From Moraxellaceae bacterium (lineage in GTDB: Bacteria > Pseudomonadota > Gammaproteobacteria > Burkholderiales > Rhodocyclaceae): a stretch of DNA of 64,000 nt. The stretch's first letter is position 1. The number at the start of each line of letters is the position of its first letter. The stretch is taken from positions 49,371 through 113,370 of the forward strand of contig JAVHYF010000010.1 in NCBI GenBank assembly GCA_031119205.1, given 5' to 3'. The notes under the pieces were generated by a model. It made no database searches. It saw nothing but the letters and a program-made list of their open reading frames with translations, and had not been told where the DNA came from. The position numbers were made by a program, and so were the translations under genes. Below, in pieces: positions 9,508 to 20,398 of the stretch.

Positions 9508-10932
9508 ATGATCCCGCATTCCCTGTTGCGCTGCCTGGTCGGCGCGCTCTGCTCGTTCTGTTTCCTGTCGTTCGCGCTGGCGCGCGAACTGCCTGACTTC
9601 GCGAGTCTCGTGGAGCGCCAGGGCGCGGTGGTGGTGAATATCACGGCCAACCGAGCGACATCGGCCGCTGCTGCGACACCACTGCAGCAGGAGGACATGG
9701 GTTCTGTGCCTGAGTGGTGGCGGCGCTTCGCGCCACGCCAACCCGATCAGGCGCCGGAAGATGAGGATGAGTCCGTGGGCTCCGGTCTCATCGTGGGGGC
9801 GGACGGGTACATCATCACCAATGCCCACGTTGTAGCCGGTGCAGACGAGATTCTCGTGCGCCTGCAGGACAAGCGCGAGTTTGCGGCTCGCCTCATCGGC
9901 AGTGACCGACGTACCGATATTGCCCTGCTCAGGATCGAGGCCAATGGCCTGCCGCGCGCGGTACTGGGCGATCCATCGAAGCTTCGCGTGGGCGACTGGG
10001 TGCTCGCGATCGGCTCGCCTTTCGGGTTCGACAATTCGGTGACGGCCGGCATCGTCAGCGCCAAGGGGCGTTCATTTCCGGACGATTCCCTGGTTCCGTT
10101 CATCCAGACCGATGTGGCGGTGAATCCGGGGAATTCGGGCGGCCCGCTGTTCAACCTGCGTGGCGAAGTCATCGGGATCAACTCGCAGATCTACAGCCGT
10201 ACAGGTGGTTTCATGGGGTTGTCGTTCTCCATCCCGATCGACGTCGCGATGGACGTGCAGGCTCAGTTGCGTGAGCGTGGCAAGGTGCGCCGAGGGCGTA
10301 TCGGGGTCCTGATCCAGGAGGTCACCCGCGACATTTCCGACAGTTTCGACCTCGACCGGCCTCGCGGGGCGCTCGTCGGCGCGGTGGAGCCGGGGAGTCC
10401 GGCCGATCAGGCCGGCATCAAGGTCAGCGACATCATCCTGCGCTTCGACGGCAAGCCGGTAGAGACCTCCAGCGAGCTGCCGCGCATCGTCGGCGCAACC
10501 CAGCCGGGTAAGAAGGCCAGCCTGCAGGTGTGGCGCCAGCGCGGCTTGATCGAGGTGTCGCTTGGCGTGGCGGAATTGCCGGAAGAGGAGGCTGCACGGC
10601 AGGCGCCGGCGAGCAAACCGGCCGACGTGCGCGGCGGCAACCGCCTGGGCCTTCTGACCCAGGATCTGAGCCCTGAGCAGCGCAAGCAGCTCAAGCTGGA
10701 GCGCGGGGCTTCCATCCGGCGGGCCAGCGGCGCTGCCGCCCGTGCGGATCTGCGCCAGGGTGATGTGGTGGTGGCGATTGTCAGTCGCGGGCAGGTGCAG
10801 GACGTGCGCAATGCCGAGCATTTCAACCGGCTGGTCGATGCCCAGCAGGCCGGCGCCGCGGTGAGCCTGCAAGTGAGGCGCGGGGATACCCTGAGCTTTG
10901 TCGGCCTGAGGATTGCCGCCCGTTCGCCGTAA
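9508..10932 (+). CDS. Do/DegP-family serine protease with two PDZ domains (MucD-like)
   Basis: Signal peptide; triad NAHVV, TDIALL, GNSGGPL; PDZ repeats. Confidence 0.93.
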   Translation: MIPHSLLRCLVGALCSFCFLSFALARELPDFASLVERQGAVVVNITANRATSAAAATPLQQEDMGSVPEWWRRFAPRQPDQAPEDEDESVGSGLIVGADGYIITNAHVVAGADEILVRLQDKREFAARLIGSDRRTDIALLRIEANGLPRAVLGDPSKLRVGDWVLAIGSPFGFDNSVTAGIVSAKGRSFPDDSLVPFIQTDVAVNPGNSGGPLFNLRGEVIGINSQIYSRTGGFMGLSFSIPIDVAMDVQAQLRERGKVRRGRIGVLIQEVTRDISDSFDLDRPRGALVGAVEPGSPADQAGIKVSDIILRFDGKPVETSSELPRIVGATQPGKKASLQVWRQRGLIEVSLGVAELPEEEAARQAPASKPADVRGGNRLGLLTQDLSPEQRKQLKLERGASIRRASGAAARADLRQGDVVVAIVSRGQVQDVRNAEHFNRLVDAQQAGAAVSLQVRRGDTLSFVGLRIAARSP

Positions 10933-10966
10933 GCCCGGCATGCTGGGGCTTGCGGGTTGCTTCAGC

Positions 10967-10972
10967 TATAAT
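10967..10972 (+). promoter_or_regulatory. -10 element upstream of lepA
   Basis: Consensus TATAAT 60 nt before ATG 11033; no good -35. Confidence 0.5.
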
Positions 10973-10997
10973 CCGCGCCTACTTTTCTGAATCCACG

Positions 10998-11020
10998 AAG
11001 GGTGCCGCGGCACCCTTTTT
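10998..11020 (+). terminator. Terminator-like hairpin in the lepA leader
   Basis: Perfect 20-bp palindrome AAGGGTGCCGCGGCACCCTT followed by a T-run. Confidence 0.55.
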
Positions 11021-11032
11021 GTTGTGCCACGC

Positions 11033-12829
11033 ATGCAACACATCCGCAATTTCTCGATCATCGCCCACATCGACCACGGCAAGTCCACGCTGGCGGATCG
11101 TCTCATCCAGACCTGCGGCGGCCTGTCCGAACGCGAGATGGAGGCGCAAGTGCTCGATTCAATGGATCTGGAGCGCGAGCGCGGCATCACCATCAAGGCT
11201 CAGACCGCCGCGCTGCAGTACCGGGCGCGCGATGGCAAGGTCTACAACCTGAACCTCATCGACACCCCGGGGCACGTCGACTTCTCGTACGAAGTCAGTC
11301 GTTCGCTGTCGGCTTGCGAAGGTGCCTTGCTGGTGGTGGATGCCTCGCAAGGTGTCGAGGCGCAGACCGTTGCCAACTGCTACACCGCCATCGAACTCGG
11401 TGTCGAAGTCGTGCCGGTGCTGAACAAGATGGATCTGCCATCGGCGGATCCGGATACGGCGCGTCAGGAAGTCGAGGACGTGATCGGCATCGACGCGACC
11501 GATGCGATTCCCTGTTCCGCCAAGACCGGCATGGGCGTGGAGGATATCCTCGAGGCCGTCATCGCCAAGGTGCCCGCGCCGCGCGGCAACGCCGATGGTC
11601 CGTTGAAGGCGCTGATCATCGATTCCTGGTTCGACAACTATGTCGGCGTGGTGATGCTGGTGCGCGTGGTCGACGGTGTGATGCGGCCCAAGGACAAACT
11701 GCTCTTCATGAGCACCGGCGCACAGCACCTGTGCGAGCAGACCGGCGTGTTCAGCCCGAAGTCCGTACAGCGCGAATCGCTGAATGCCGGCGAAGTAGGC
11801 TTTGTCATTGCCGGCATCAAGGAGCTGAACTCGGCCAAGGTGGGTGACACCATCACCCTGGCGGGCAAGCCCGCCCCCGAGCCGCTGGAAGGTTTCAAGG
11901 AGATCAAGCCGCAGGTGTTCGCCGGTCTGTATCCGGTGGAGGCCAGCGAGTATGACCAGCTGCGTGACTCGCTTGAGAAGCTGAAGCTCAACGACGCCTC
12001 GCTGCAGTACGAACCGGAAGTTTCGCAGGCACTGGGCTTCGGCTTCCGCTGTGGCTTCCTTGGCCTGCTGCACATGGAGATCGTGCAGGAGCGCCTGGAG
12101 CGCGAATTCGACATGGATCTCATCACCACTGCGCCGACGGTGGTGTACGAGGTGGTGCTGAATAACGGCGACGTGGTGAAGGTCGAGAATCCCGCCAAGT
12201 TGCCCGAGGTGAGCAAGATGGCTGAGGTGCGCGAGCCGATCATTACGGCCACCATCTTCGTGCCGCAGGACTACCTTGGCCCGGTCATTACGCTGTGCAA
12301 CCAGAAGCGCGGCAACCAGGTGGACATGCACTACCACGGCCGTCAGGTGAAGCTCGTCTATGACATGCCGATGGCTGAAGTGGTCATGGACTTCTTCGAC
12401 AAGCTGAAGTCGGTGTCGCGTGGTTACGCCTCGCTGGACTACGACTTCAAGGAATACCGCGCCGCCGACGTGGTGAAGCTGGACCTGCTGGTGAGCAGCG
12501 AGAAGGTTGATGCGCTGTCGGTGATAGTGCACCGCGCCAGCGCGCAATACCGTGGTCGCGAACTGGCGGCCAAGCTGCGCGAGCTGATCCCGCGCCAGAT
12601 GTTCGATGTGGCGGTGCAGGCTGCGATTGGCTCACACATCATCGCGCGTGAGACCATCAAGGCGCTGCGCAAGAACGTGCTGGCCAAGTGCTACGGCGGC
12701 GACATCTCGCGCAAGAAGAAGCTGCTGGAGAAGCAGAAAGAAGGCAAGCGCCGCATGAAGCAGGTCGGCAACGTGGAGATTCCTCAGGAAGCCTTCCTGG
12801 CCGTGCTGCGCGTGGACGACTCCAAGTAA
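11033..12829 (+). CDS. lepA: Elongation factor 4
   Basis: [39 protein letters not shown]. Confidence 0.98.
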   Translation: MQHIRNFSIIAHIDHGKSTLADRLIQTCGGLSEREMEAQVLDSMDLERERGITIKAQTAALQYRARDGKVYNLNLIDTPGHVDFSYEVSRSLSACEGALLVVDASQGVEAQTVANCYTAIELGVEVVPVLNKMDLPSADPDTARQEVEDVIGIDATDAIPCSAKTGMGVEDILEAVIAKVPAPRGNADGPLKALIIDSWFDNYVGVVMLVRVVDGVMRPKDKLLFMSTGAQHLCEQTGVFSPKSVQRESLNAGEVGFVIAGIKELNSAKVGDTITLAGKPAPEPLEGFKEIKPQVFAGLYPVEASEYDQLRDSLEKLKLNDASLQYEPEVSQALGFGFRCGFLGLLHMEIVQERLEREFDMDLITTAPTVVYEVVLNNGDVVKVENPAKLPEVSKMAEVREPIITATIFVPQDYLGPVITLCNQKRGNQVDMHYHGRQVKLVYDMPMAEVVMDFFDKLKSVSRGYASLDYDFKEYRAADVVKLDLLVSSEKVDALSVIVHRASAQYRGRELAAKLRELIPRQMFDVAVQAAIGSHIIARETIKALRKNVLAKCYGGDISRKKKLLEKQKEGKRRMKQVGNVEIPQEAFLAVLRVDDSK

Positions 12830-12863
12830 CAACAGCCCCGATAACTCATAACTGGAAGACGCA

Positions 12864-13682
12864 GTGGACTTCGCCCTGATCCTCTTCGTACTGAGCGTGC
12901 TGACCGGCATGCTCTGGTTCTATGACGTACTGGTGGCGCGCAAGAAGCGCGGCAAGCAGACGCCTGACCCTTGGTGGGTGGAATATGGTGCGAGCTTCTT
13001 CCCGGTGATCCTGCCGATCTTCATGCTGCGCTCGTTCTGGGTAGAGCCGTTCCGTATTCCGTCCGGTTCGATGATCCCGACCCTGTTGGTCGGCGACTTC
13101 ATCCTGGTGAACAAGTACCAGTACGGTGTGCGCCTGCCGGTGATCAACAAGAAGGTCATCGAGGTTGGCGATCCGCAGCGCGGAGACGTGATGGTCTTCC
13201 GCTACCCGCACGACATGCGTCAGGACTACATCAAGCGCGTGATCGGTCTGCCGGGTGACAAGGTGGAGTACATCAACAAACGGCTCACCATCAACGGGCA
13301 GCCCGTCGAGACGCGGGAGGATGGCGATTACCTGCATCCGGAGCGTCTGTACTACTCGCAGAAGTTCATCGAGAAGATCGGCGAGCAGGAGCACGCTGTC
13401 CTCAATGACAAGGACGCGCTGCCGTTCATTCCGGAAGGGCAGCGGATCGCCCACGCCAATCAGGCGAACTGCACGCACACTGGTGAAGGCATGAGCTGCA
13501 CGGTGCCGGCCGGACATTACTTCGTGATGGGCGACAACCGCGACCAGAGCGCCGACTCCCGGGTTTGGGGCTTCGTGCCCGAACAGAATATCGTGGGCAA
13601 GGCGTTCTTCATCTGGTTCCACGCCGACAGCATCCTGCCGCCGAAGGGCATCAAGTTCGACCGGCTGGGCAAGTTCAACTAG
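12864..13682 (+). CDS. lepB: Signal peptidase I
   Basis: IPSGSMIPTL Ser, DYIKRVIGLPGD Lys, MGDNRDQSADSR; GTG start. Confidence 0.97.
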   Translation: MDFALILFVLSVLTGMLWFYDVLVARKKRGKQTPDPWWVEYGASFFPVILPIFMLRSFWVEPFRIPSGSMIPTLLVGDFILVNKYQYGVRLPVINKKVIEVGDPQRGDVMVFRYPHDMRQDYIKRVIGLPGDKVEYINKRLTINGQPVETREDGDYLHPERLYYSQKFIEKIGEQEHAVLNDKDALPFIPEGQRIAHANQANCTHTGEGMSCTVPAGHYFVMGDNRDQSADSRVWGFVPEQNIVGKAFFIWFHADSILPPKGIKFDRLGKFN

Positions 13683-13708
13683 TCCGCTTTTCTGGCCAGG
13701 GAGGTTTC

Positions 13709-14062
13709 ATGAAGCGACAAAGTGGTTTGACCCTGATCTCGACCTTGCTGGTCGGTATCTTCCTGGTGGCTGTGCTGCTGCTGGGGCTGAAGTTGGTGCC
13801 GGTGTTCAACGAGTACTTTTCTGTCAAGAAAGCCCTGAACAGTGTGGTGCGCGACGTGCCGCCGGATTCAGGGATCGGTGAATTCAGGAAGGCTTTCGAT
13901 CGCTTTGCTGCCATTGACGATATCTCGTCCGTCCGAGGGCAGGACTTGATTATCAATCGAGCTGCCGGCAGCGTAGACATCAGTGTCGAGTACGAACGTA
14001 GGGTTGCGTTGGTTGCGAATGCCAGTCTGGTGCTTGCGTTTGACGTTTCGTCTAACAAGTAG
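13709..14062 (+). CDS. DUF4845-family protein with prepilin-like N-terminus
   Basis: MKRQSGLTLISTLL N-terminus; usual lepB-DUF4845-rnc position; SD GGGAGG. Confidence 0.8.
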   Translation: MKRQSGLTLISTLLVGIFLVAVLLLGLKLVPVFNEYFSVKKALNSVVRDVPPDSGIGEFRKAFDRFAAIDDISSVRGQDLIINRAAGSVDISVEYERRVALVANASLVLAFDVSSNK

Positions 14063-14088
14063 GCAGTCCTGCACGTTGGCTGGTAGCC

Positions 14089-14760
14089 GTGCATAGGCGC
14101 GTGATCGAGAATCGGCTTGGCCACGTTTTTGGCCGCGCCGCGTTGCTTGAACAGGCGCTGACGCACCGCAGTTTCAGCGCCGATCACAACGAGCGCCTGG
14201 AGTTTCTCGGCGACGGCATCCTCAACATGGTGATCGCCGAAGCCTTGTATGTCCGCTTTGCGGATCTGCGCGAGGGCGAACTATCCCGGCTCCGCGCACA
14301 GCTGGTCAGGCAGGATGCCTTGCAGAAAATTGCCGAGCGCCTTGGCGTGGGGGAGTGCCTGCGCCTGGGCGATGGCGAGTTGAAAAGCGGTGGACATCGT
14401 CGCCCCTCCATTCTTGCGGATGCGGTGGAAGCGCTGTTTGGCGCGGTCTATCTTGATGCAGGGTTCGACGCCGCACGCTCAGTCATCCTCCGCTTGTACA
14501 CCGACAGCCTGGCGTCGCTTGATCCGGCCAGGCAGCTGAAAGACCCTAAAACGACGCTGCAGGAGCTGTTGCAGGCCCGTCGTCTGCCCTTGCCGCAGTA
14601 CAGCCTCGTGGAAGTGCGCGGCGAGGCCCATGCACAGGAATTCGAAGTCAGTTGTCAGATCGCGCTGTTGAAGGAAGCCCCTCGTGGTGTCGGCGTGAGC
14701 CGGCGCGCGGCGGAGCAGGCGGCGGCCGAGGCAGCGTTGGCAGCACTGGAAACAAAATGA
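14089..14760 (+). CDS. rnc: Ribonuclease III
   Basis: [13 protein letters not shown] signature; C-terminal dsRBD ([12 protein letters not shown]). Confidence 0.97.
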   Translation: MHRRVIENRLGHVFGRAALLEQALTHRSFSADHNERLEFLGDGILNMVIAEALYVRFADLREGELSRLRAQLVRQDALQKIAERLGVGECLRLGDGELKSGGHRRPSILADAVEALFGAVYLDAGFDAARSVILRLYTDSLASLDPARQLKDPKTTLQELLQARRLPLPQYSLVEVRGEAHAQEFEVSCQIALLKEAPRGVGVSRRAAEQAAAEAALAALETK

Positions 14761-15656
14761 GTAATCCCGCATCACCCGCATCACGTACAGGTTTCATCGC
14801 CATCGTCGGTCGCCCCAACGTTGGCAAGTCCACCCTGCTCAACCGTCTGGTCGGGCAGAAGATCAGCATCGTCTCCCGTAAGCCGCAGACCACGCGGCAT
14901 CGCATCACCGGCGTGCTGACCGAGGGGGCGAACCAGTTCGTGTTCGTCGACACGCCGGGCTTCCAGACGCGGCATCGCAACGCCCTCAATCGCACGATGA
15001 ACCGCACGGTCACCCAGGTGCTCGCGGAAGTCGATATCGTGCTGTTCGTCATCGAGGCGGATCGTTTCGGTGAAGAGGACCGCAAGGTCATGGAGCTGAT
15101 TCCGGACAGCGCGCGCGTCGTGCTGGCGATCAACAAGATCGACCTGGAAGAGGACAAGGCGAAGCTGTTGCCTTTCCTGCAGAAGATGGCCGCCGAGCGT
15201 GAGTTCGCCGAGATCGTGCCGATCAGCGCCCAGCGTGGCCACAACGCCAACCATCTGCTTGAGGCGCTCGGCAAATACTTGCCGGAAGGCGAGCATATGT
15301 ACGGCGAGGACGACATCACCGACCGCAGCGAGCGTTTCCTCGCGGCCGAATTCCTGCGCGAAAAGCTCTTCCGTCTACTGGGTGAAGAGCTGCCCTACGG
15401 CATGACGGTGGAGATCGAGAAGTTCGAGACCGAAGGCGCGCTGCGCCGCATTTTCGCAGCCATCATCGTCGACCGTGACAGCCACAAGGGCATCGTCATC
15501 GGCAAGGGCGGCGAACACCTCAAGCGCATTTCCACCGAGGCGCGCATCGAACTCGAGAAGCTCTTCGACGGCAAGGTCTATCTCGAAGTGTGGGTCAAGG
15601 TGAAGAGTGGCTGGGCAGATGACGAGCGAGCGCTCAAGAGTCTTGGCTACGATTGA
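14757..15656 (+). CDS. era: GTPase Era
   Basis: [19 protein letters not shown] domain; ATG overlaps the rnc stop. Confidence 0.97.
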   Translation: MSNPASPASRTGFIAIVGRPNVGKSTLLNRLVGQKISIVSRKPQTTRHRITGVLTEGANQFVFVDTPGFQTRHRNALNRTMNRTVTQVLAEVDIVLFVIEADRFGEEDRKVMELIPDSARVVLAINKIDLEEDKAKLLPFLQKMAAEREFAEIVPISAQRGHNANHLLEALGKYLPEGEHMYGEDDITDRSERFLAAEFLREKLFRLLGEELPYGMTVEIEKFETEGALRRIFAAIIVDRDSHKGIVIGKGGEHLKRISTEARIELEKLFDGKVYLEVWVKVKSGWADDERALKSLGYD

Positions 15657-15674
15657 TTTCCTGACCAAGCGCGC

Positions 15675-16397
15675 ATGAGCGCCCGCCAGCGCATCGAAGA
15701 ACAACCTGCCTACGTGCTGCACAGCACGTCCTGGCGCGAAACGAGCCTGATCGTCGAGGTGTTCACTCGCGCGCACGGCCGCCTGCCGCTCGTGGCCAAG
15801 GGGGCCCGTCGCCCGGCGTCGCCGTTACGCGGTCTGCTGATGGCCTTCCAGCCGCTTTCCATAGGCTGGAGCGGGCGCGGGGAAGTCAAGACGCTGATGG
15901 ATGCGCAGTGGCGTGGCGGCCAGCCACTTCTTGGCGGTGCAGCGCTGTTGTCGGCTTACTACCTGAATGAGCTGCTGCTGCGTCTTTTGCCACGCGAGGA
16001 TGCGCATCCGCGTTTGTTCGACGCTTACGCCGAGACCCTGCGGCAGCTCGCTGGCCCTGCGAGCATCCCCCCCTTGCTGCGCGGCTTCGAACTCCAGTTG
16101 CTCGGCGAACTGGGCTATGCGCCTTCGTTCGATGTCCTCGCTGATGGCGGGCAGTCTGTGCAGGAAGACGGGCGCTACCTCTTTATAATCGAGCGCGGTC
16201 TCGTCGAAGCGACGGCCGGGCTTGAAGAGGCTCCCGTACTGCCTGGTCACGCCTTGCTGGCGATGGCTCGCGGCGATTTCTCAGCAGTCGAGACCCAGCA
16301 GGTCGCGCGTCCGCTGATGCGGCGTTTGCTGCAACACTATCTTGGCGCGCAGGGGCTGGAGTCCCGCCGCATTTTCATGGAGCTACAAGAGCTGTGA
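15675..16397 (+). CDS. recO: DNA repair protein RecO
   Basis: AYVLHSTSWRETSLIVEVFTR, YYLNELLLRLL, FELQLL.ELGY. Confidence 0.95.
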   Translation: MSARQRIEEQPAYVLHSTSWRETSLIVEVFTRAHGRLPLVAKGARRPASPLRGLLMAFQPLSIGWSGRGEVKTLMDAQWRGGQPLLGGAALLSAYYLNELLLRLLPREDAHPRLFDAYAETLRQLAGPASIPPLLRGFELQLLGELGYAPSFDVLADGGQSVQEDGRYLFIIERGLVEATAGLEEAPVLPGHALLAMARGDFSAVETQQVARPLMRRLLQHYLGAQGLESRRIFMELQEL

Positions 16398-17143
16398 TCG
16401 AACTGGGCGTCAACATCGACCATGTGGCCACGCTACGCCAGGCCCGTCGCACTTATGAGCCGGACCCCGTGTGGGCGGCAGTGGAAGCGCATCTCGGTGG
16501 CGCCGACGGCATCACCGTTCACCTGCGTGAAGACCGTCGCCACATCCAGGATCACGATGTGCGCCGCCTGCGCGACCAGACCCAGATCAAGCTGAATTTC
16601 GAAATGGGTGCGACCGAGGAGATGGTCGGCATCGCGGTCGGGCTGAAGCCGGAAATGGCCATGCTGGTGCCGGAAGGGCGGCAGGAAGTCACGACCGAAG
16701 GCGGCCTGGACATCGTGTCGCAGGAGTCGCGCTTGCGTGACATCGTGGCGCGCCTTGCCGATGCTGGCATCATGACCAGCGTGTTCATCGACGCCGACCT
16801 GCCGCAGGTCGAGGCTGCACACCGGATCGGTGCGCGCGTGTGCGAGATCCATACCGGCCCCTACGCTGCTGCCTTCCATGAAAAGGGGCGCGATGCGCGC
16901 AGCCCGGCCGTGCTGGCGGAGCTGGACAAGATCCGTCATGCGGGTGCCGCCATCGTGGATCTCGGCATGCGCTTCAACGCCGGTCATGCGCTGAACTATT
17001 TCAATGTGCAACCGGTGGCAGCCTTGCCCGAGGTGCGCGAACTCCACATCGGTCACGCCATCGTCAGCCGTTCGGTGTTTGTCGGTCTGCGTGAGGCCGT
17101 GCGAGAGATGAAGCGCCTGATGCGCGAGGCTGCCGCGCAATGA
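16394..17143 (+). CDS. pdxJ: Pyridoxine 5-phosphate synthase
   Basis: LGVNIDHVATLRQAR, HLREDRRHIQ, NAGHALNY, ELHIGHAIV. Confidence 0.97.
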   Translation: MIELGVNIDHVATLRQARRTYEPDPVWAAVEAHLGGADGITVHLREDRRHIQDHDVRRLRDQTQIKLNFEMGATEEMVGIAVGLKPEMAMLVPEGRQEVTTEGGLDIVSQESRLRDIVARLADAGIMTSVFIDADLPQVEAAHRIGARVCEIHTGPYAAAFHEKGRDARSPAVLAELDKIRHAGAAIVDLGMRFNAGHALNYFNVQPVAALPEVRELHIGHAIVSRSVFVGLREAVREMKRLMREAAAQ

Positions 17144-17517
17144 TCTTCGGCATCGGCACCGACATCGTGTCGGTGGCGCGCATGCGCCAGGCGCTGGAGC
17201 GCCATGGTAAGGGCTTCGCCGAACACATCCTCACGGATGCCGAATCAGAAGAAATGACGCGTGCGCCCGACGCTGCGCGGTTCCTCGCCAAGCGCTTTGC
17301 TGCGAAGGAGGCCTTCGCCAAGGCCTATGGCACCGGCCTGCGGGCGCCACTGACCCTGCACGCCGTGGCGGTTGGCCACGATGAGCTGGGCAAACCCTGT
17401 TATGTGCTGAACGACGTGATGCAGGCCTCGATGGCCGAGCGCGCGCTGAGCAGCCACCTTTCGATCAGCGACGAGAAGGAATATGTCGTCGCTTTTGCCA
17501 TTCTGGAATCCCGATGA
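17140..17517 (+). CDS. acpS: Holo-ACP synthase
   Basis: IFGIGTDIV, LAKRFAAKEAFAKA, HLSISDE. Confidence 0.96.
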   Translation: MIFGIGTDIVSVARMRQALERHGKGFAEHILTDAESEEMTRAPDAARFLAKRFAAKEAFAKAYGTGLRAPLTLHAVAVGHDELGKPCYVLNDVMQASMAERALSSHLSISDEKEYVVAFAILESR

Positions 17518-18563
17518 ACGCCGATCCTGTTTCCCTGCCGCTGGGCCCCGTGATGTGCGACGTGGTAGGTACTGTGCTGACGGATGCCGAGCGTGAAGTG
17601 CTGCGCCATCCTCTGGTGGGCGGCGTCATCCTGTTCTCCCGCAACTACGAGAACCCGGTGCAGGTGGCTGCGTTGTGCGCCGAAATCCATGCCTTGCGCT
17701 CGCCGCAACTGGTCATCGCAGTGGATCATGAAGGCGGACGCGTCCAGCGTTTTCGCAGCGGTTTCACGCGCCTTCCCACCATGCGTGCGCTGGGTGAGTT
17801 GTGGGCGAAGGATGAACAGGCTGCGTGCGCACGTGCGCGGGAAGTCGGCCTGGTGCTGGCCGGGGAGTTGATGGCCCTGGGGCTGGATCTTTCCTTCACG
17901 CCGGTCCTCGATCTGGACTTCGGCACCAGCGGCGTGATCGGTGATCGCGCGTTCCATCGCGATCCGCAGATCGTGGCCGAACTGGCTACCGCGCTCACTG
18001 ATGGCCTCAACGAGGCGGGCATGGGGGCGGTCGGCAAGCACTTCCCCGGACACGGTTTCGTGGCGGCGGATTCGCATGTCGCGATCCCGGTGGACGAGCG
18101 CGATTTCGACACGATCTGGGCCGACGACGTGCAGCCCTATCAGCACACGCTGGGCCAGCGGCTGGCCGGCATCATGCCTGCGCACGTCATCTACCCGCAG
18201 GTGGATGAGCGACCGGCAGGTTTCTCTCCTTTCTGGTTGCAGGACGTGTTGCGCGGCCGGCTCGGTTTTGACGGCGTGATCTTCAGCGACGACCTCACGA
18301 TGGAAGGGGCCACCGTGGCCGGTGACATCGTGGCACGCGCGGATGCCGCGTTGAGCGCGGGTTGCGACATGGTGCTGGTATGCAATCGGCCGGACGAGAC
18401 GGCGCGCCTGCTGGCGGGTTGGCAGCCGGCGTTTCCTGCGGTCAGCGCAGCGCGCATCGAGCGCCTGCTGCCGCGGCGCGAGGAGCGCGACTTCCTTGCG
18501 GGCAACACGGCCTATCTGGATGCCCAGCGCGTCGTGGCCGACTGGGTCGCCTCCCTGGCCTGA
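17514..18563 (+). CDS. nagZ: Beta-N-acetylhexosaminidase (GH3)
   Basis: AVDHEGGRVQRF, KHFPGHG, DSH, FSDDLTM. Confidence 0.96.
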   Translation: MNADPVSLPLGPVMCDVVGTVLTDAEREVLRHPLVGGVILFSRNYENPVQVAALCAEIHALRSPQLVIAVDHEGGRVQRFRSGFTRLPTMRALGELWAKDEQAACARAREVGLVLAGELMALGLDLSFTPVLDLDFGTSGVIGDRAFHRDPQIVAELATALTDGLNEAGMGAVGKHFPGHGFVAADSHVAIPVDERDFDTIWADDVQPYQHTLGQRLAGIMPAHVIYPQVDERPAGFSPFWLQDVLRGRLGFDGVIFSDDLTMEGATVAGDIVARADAALSAGCDMVLVCNRPDETARLLAGWQPAFPAVSAARIERLLPRREERDFLAGNTAYLDAQRVVADWVASLA

Positions 18564-18577
18564 GGCTGCAGCGGCTC

Positions 18578-20377
18578 GTGAGCTTCGATGCCAAGGCCTT
18601 CCTGGCCACCCTGACCGAGCAGCCCGGCGTCTACCGCATGATCGGCGAGGGCGACGAGGTGCTCTACGTCGGCAAGGCGAAGAACCTCAAACGGCGCGTC
18701 ACCAGCTATTTCCAGCGTACGCCGTCGTCCCCGCGCATCGGGCTGATGGTGCAGAAGGTGCTGCGGGTGGACATCACCGCGACGCGTTCGGAAACCGAGG
18801 CGCTGATCCTCGAGAACAATCTGATCAAGTCGCTGCGGCCGCGCTACAACATCCTGTTCCGCGACGACAAGAGCTACCCCTACATCGCGCTGACCGCGGG
18901 TGATTTCCCGCGCGTCACGTACTACCGTGGTGCGTTCGAGAAGGGCGTGCGCTACTTCGGCCCGTACCCGAACAGCTGGGCGGCGCGCGAGACCATCCAG
19001 TTGCTGCAGCGTCTGTTCCAGCTGCGCACCTGCGAGGATTCGGTGTTCGCGCATCGCGCGCGGCCCTGCCTGCTGCACCAGATCAAGCGCTGCACGGCGC
19101 CTTGCGTGGGGCTGATCTCGGCGGAAGCCTATGCCGAGGACATCCAGTTGGCGAATCTCTTCCTGTCCGGGCGCACCAACGACATCGTCGATGCACTGAG
19201 CGGCAAGATGAACGAGGCCTCCGAGCGGCTGGCCTTCGAGCAGGCCGCGATGTTCCGTGATCAGCTGCGCTCGGTGCAGACCGTTCTCCATAAGCAGTAC
19301 GTGGATTCCGGCAAGGACGAGGATGTGGACATCGTCGTGGCGGTGGAGCAGGGCGCACTGGTGTGCGTGAATCTCGCCATGGTGCGTGGCGGTCGTCACC
19401 TGGGCGACCGGCCGCAGTTCCCGCAGGGTGGTGAAGGCATGAGCGCGGCGGATGCCTTGCTGGCCTTCGTCGAGCAGCACTATCTGGAGCACCCGGCACC
19501 GGCGCGCCTGGTTGTTGCCGGAGCGGAACTCGACGCGGTGCGTGCAGTGCTGGATGAAGCCTGCGAGAAGGCGCCGGGTGTCATCGCTGCACGCTTCGCC
19601 AGCGAGAAGGCGTGGGTCGAGATGGCCGAGCAGAACGCCCAGCTCGCCATCACCGCACGCCTGCGCGATACCAGCCGGGCCGGCGAACAACTCGATGCCC
19701 TGCAGGCCGCGATGGGATTGAGCGAGCGCCCGGTGCGCATCGAATGCTTCGACATCAGCCACACCCAGGGTGAGGCCACGGTCGCGTCCTGCGTGGTGTG
19801 GGAAGGTGAGGGCATGAAGAAAGGCGAGTACCGCCGCTTCAACATCGCCGGCATCGAACCCGGTGATGACTACGCCGCCATGCGTCAGGCACTGACCCGT
19901 CGTTACGAGAAGGTCGCGGCTGGTGACGGCATGCGACCGGACGTGATCCTCATCGACGGTGGCAAGGGGCAGGTCGGCGTAGCGCACGAAGTGTTGACCG
20001 AACTGGGCCTGGAAAGCATCTGCATGGTCGGCGTGGCCAAAGGCGAGGAGCGCAAGGCCGGTATGGAGCAGTTGATCTGGGCGGACGGTCGCGAGCCGGT
20101 GCGCCTGGGTGGTGACCATCCGGCACTGCACCTGATCCAGATCGTGCGCGACGAAGCCCACCGTTTTGCCATCACCGGCATGCGGGCGCGGCGCGCCAAA
20201 TCGCGCATCGGCTCGAAGCTGGACGACATCCCCGGGATCGGCCCGACACGACGCAAGAAACTGATCGAGACTTTCGGCGGTCTGGACGGCGTACGTGCGG
20301 CAACTGTGGATGATCTGTGCAGAGTAGAGGGGATCAACCGTAAAATCGCCGAGCAAATCTATAACGCCCTGCACTGA
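18578..20377 (+). CDS. uvrC: Excinuclease ABC subunit C
   Basis: GIY-YIG region PGVYRM/LYVGKAKNLKRRV, RIECFDISH, IDGGKGQ, RDEAHRFAI, HhH tail; GTG start at 18578 inferred. Confidence 0.96.
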   Translation: MSFDAKAFLATLTEQPGVYRMIGEGDEVLYVGKAKNLKRRVTSYFQRTPSSPRIGLMVQKVLRVDITATRSETEALILENNLIKSLRPRYNILFRDDKSYPYIALTAGDFPRVTYYRGAFEKGVRYFGPYPNSWAARETIQLLQRLFQLRTCEDSVFAHRARPCLLHQIKRCTAPCVGLISAEAYAEDIQLANLFLSGRTNDIVDALSGKMNEASERLAFEQAAMFRDQLRSVQTVLHKQYVDSGKDEDVDIVVAVEQGALVCVNLAMVRGGRHLGDRPQFPQGGEGMSAADALLAFVEQHYLEHPAPARLVVAGAELDAVRAVLDEACEKAPGVIAARFASEKAWVEMAEQNAQLAITARLRDTSRAGEQLDALQAAMGLSERPVRIECFDISHTQGEATVASCVVWEGEGMKKGEYRRFNIAGIEPGDDYAAMRQALTRRYEKVAAGDGMRPDVILIDGGKGQVGVAHEVLTELGLESICMVGVAKGEERKAGMEQLIWADGREPVRLGGDHPALHLIQIVRDEAHRFAITGMRARRAKSRIGSKLDDIPGIGPTRRKKLIETFGGLDGVRAATVDDLCRVEGINRKIAEQIYNALH

Positions 20378-20398
20378 CCCCCTGGCTTTTGCCCGTAC

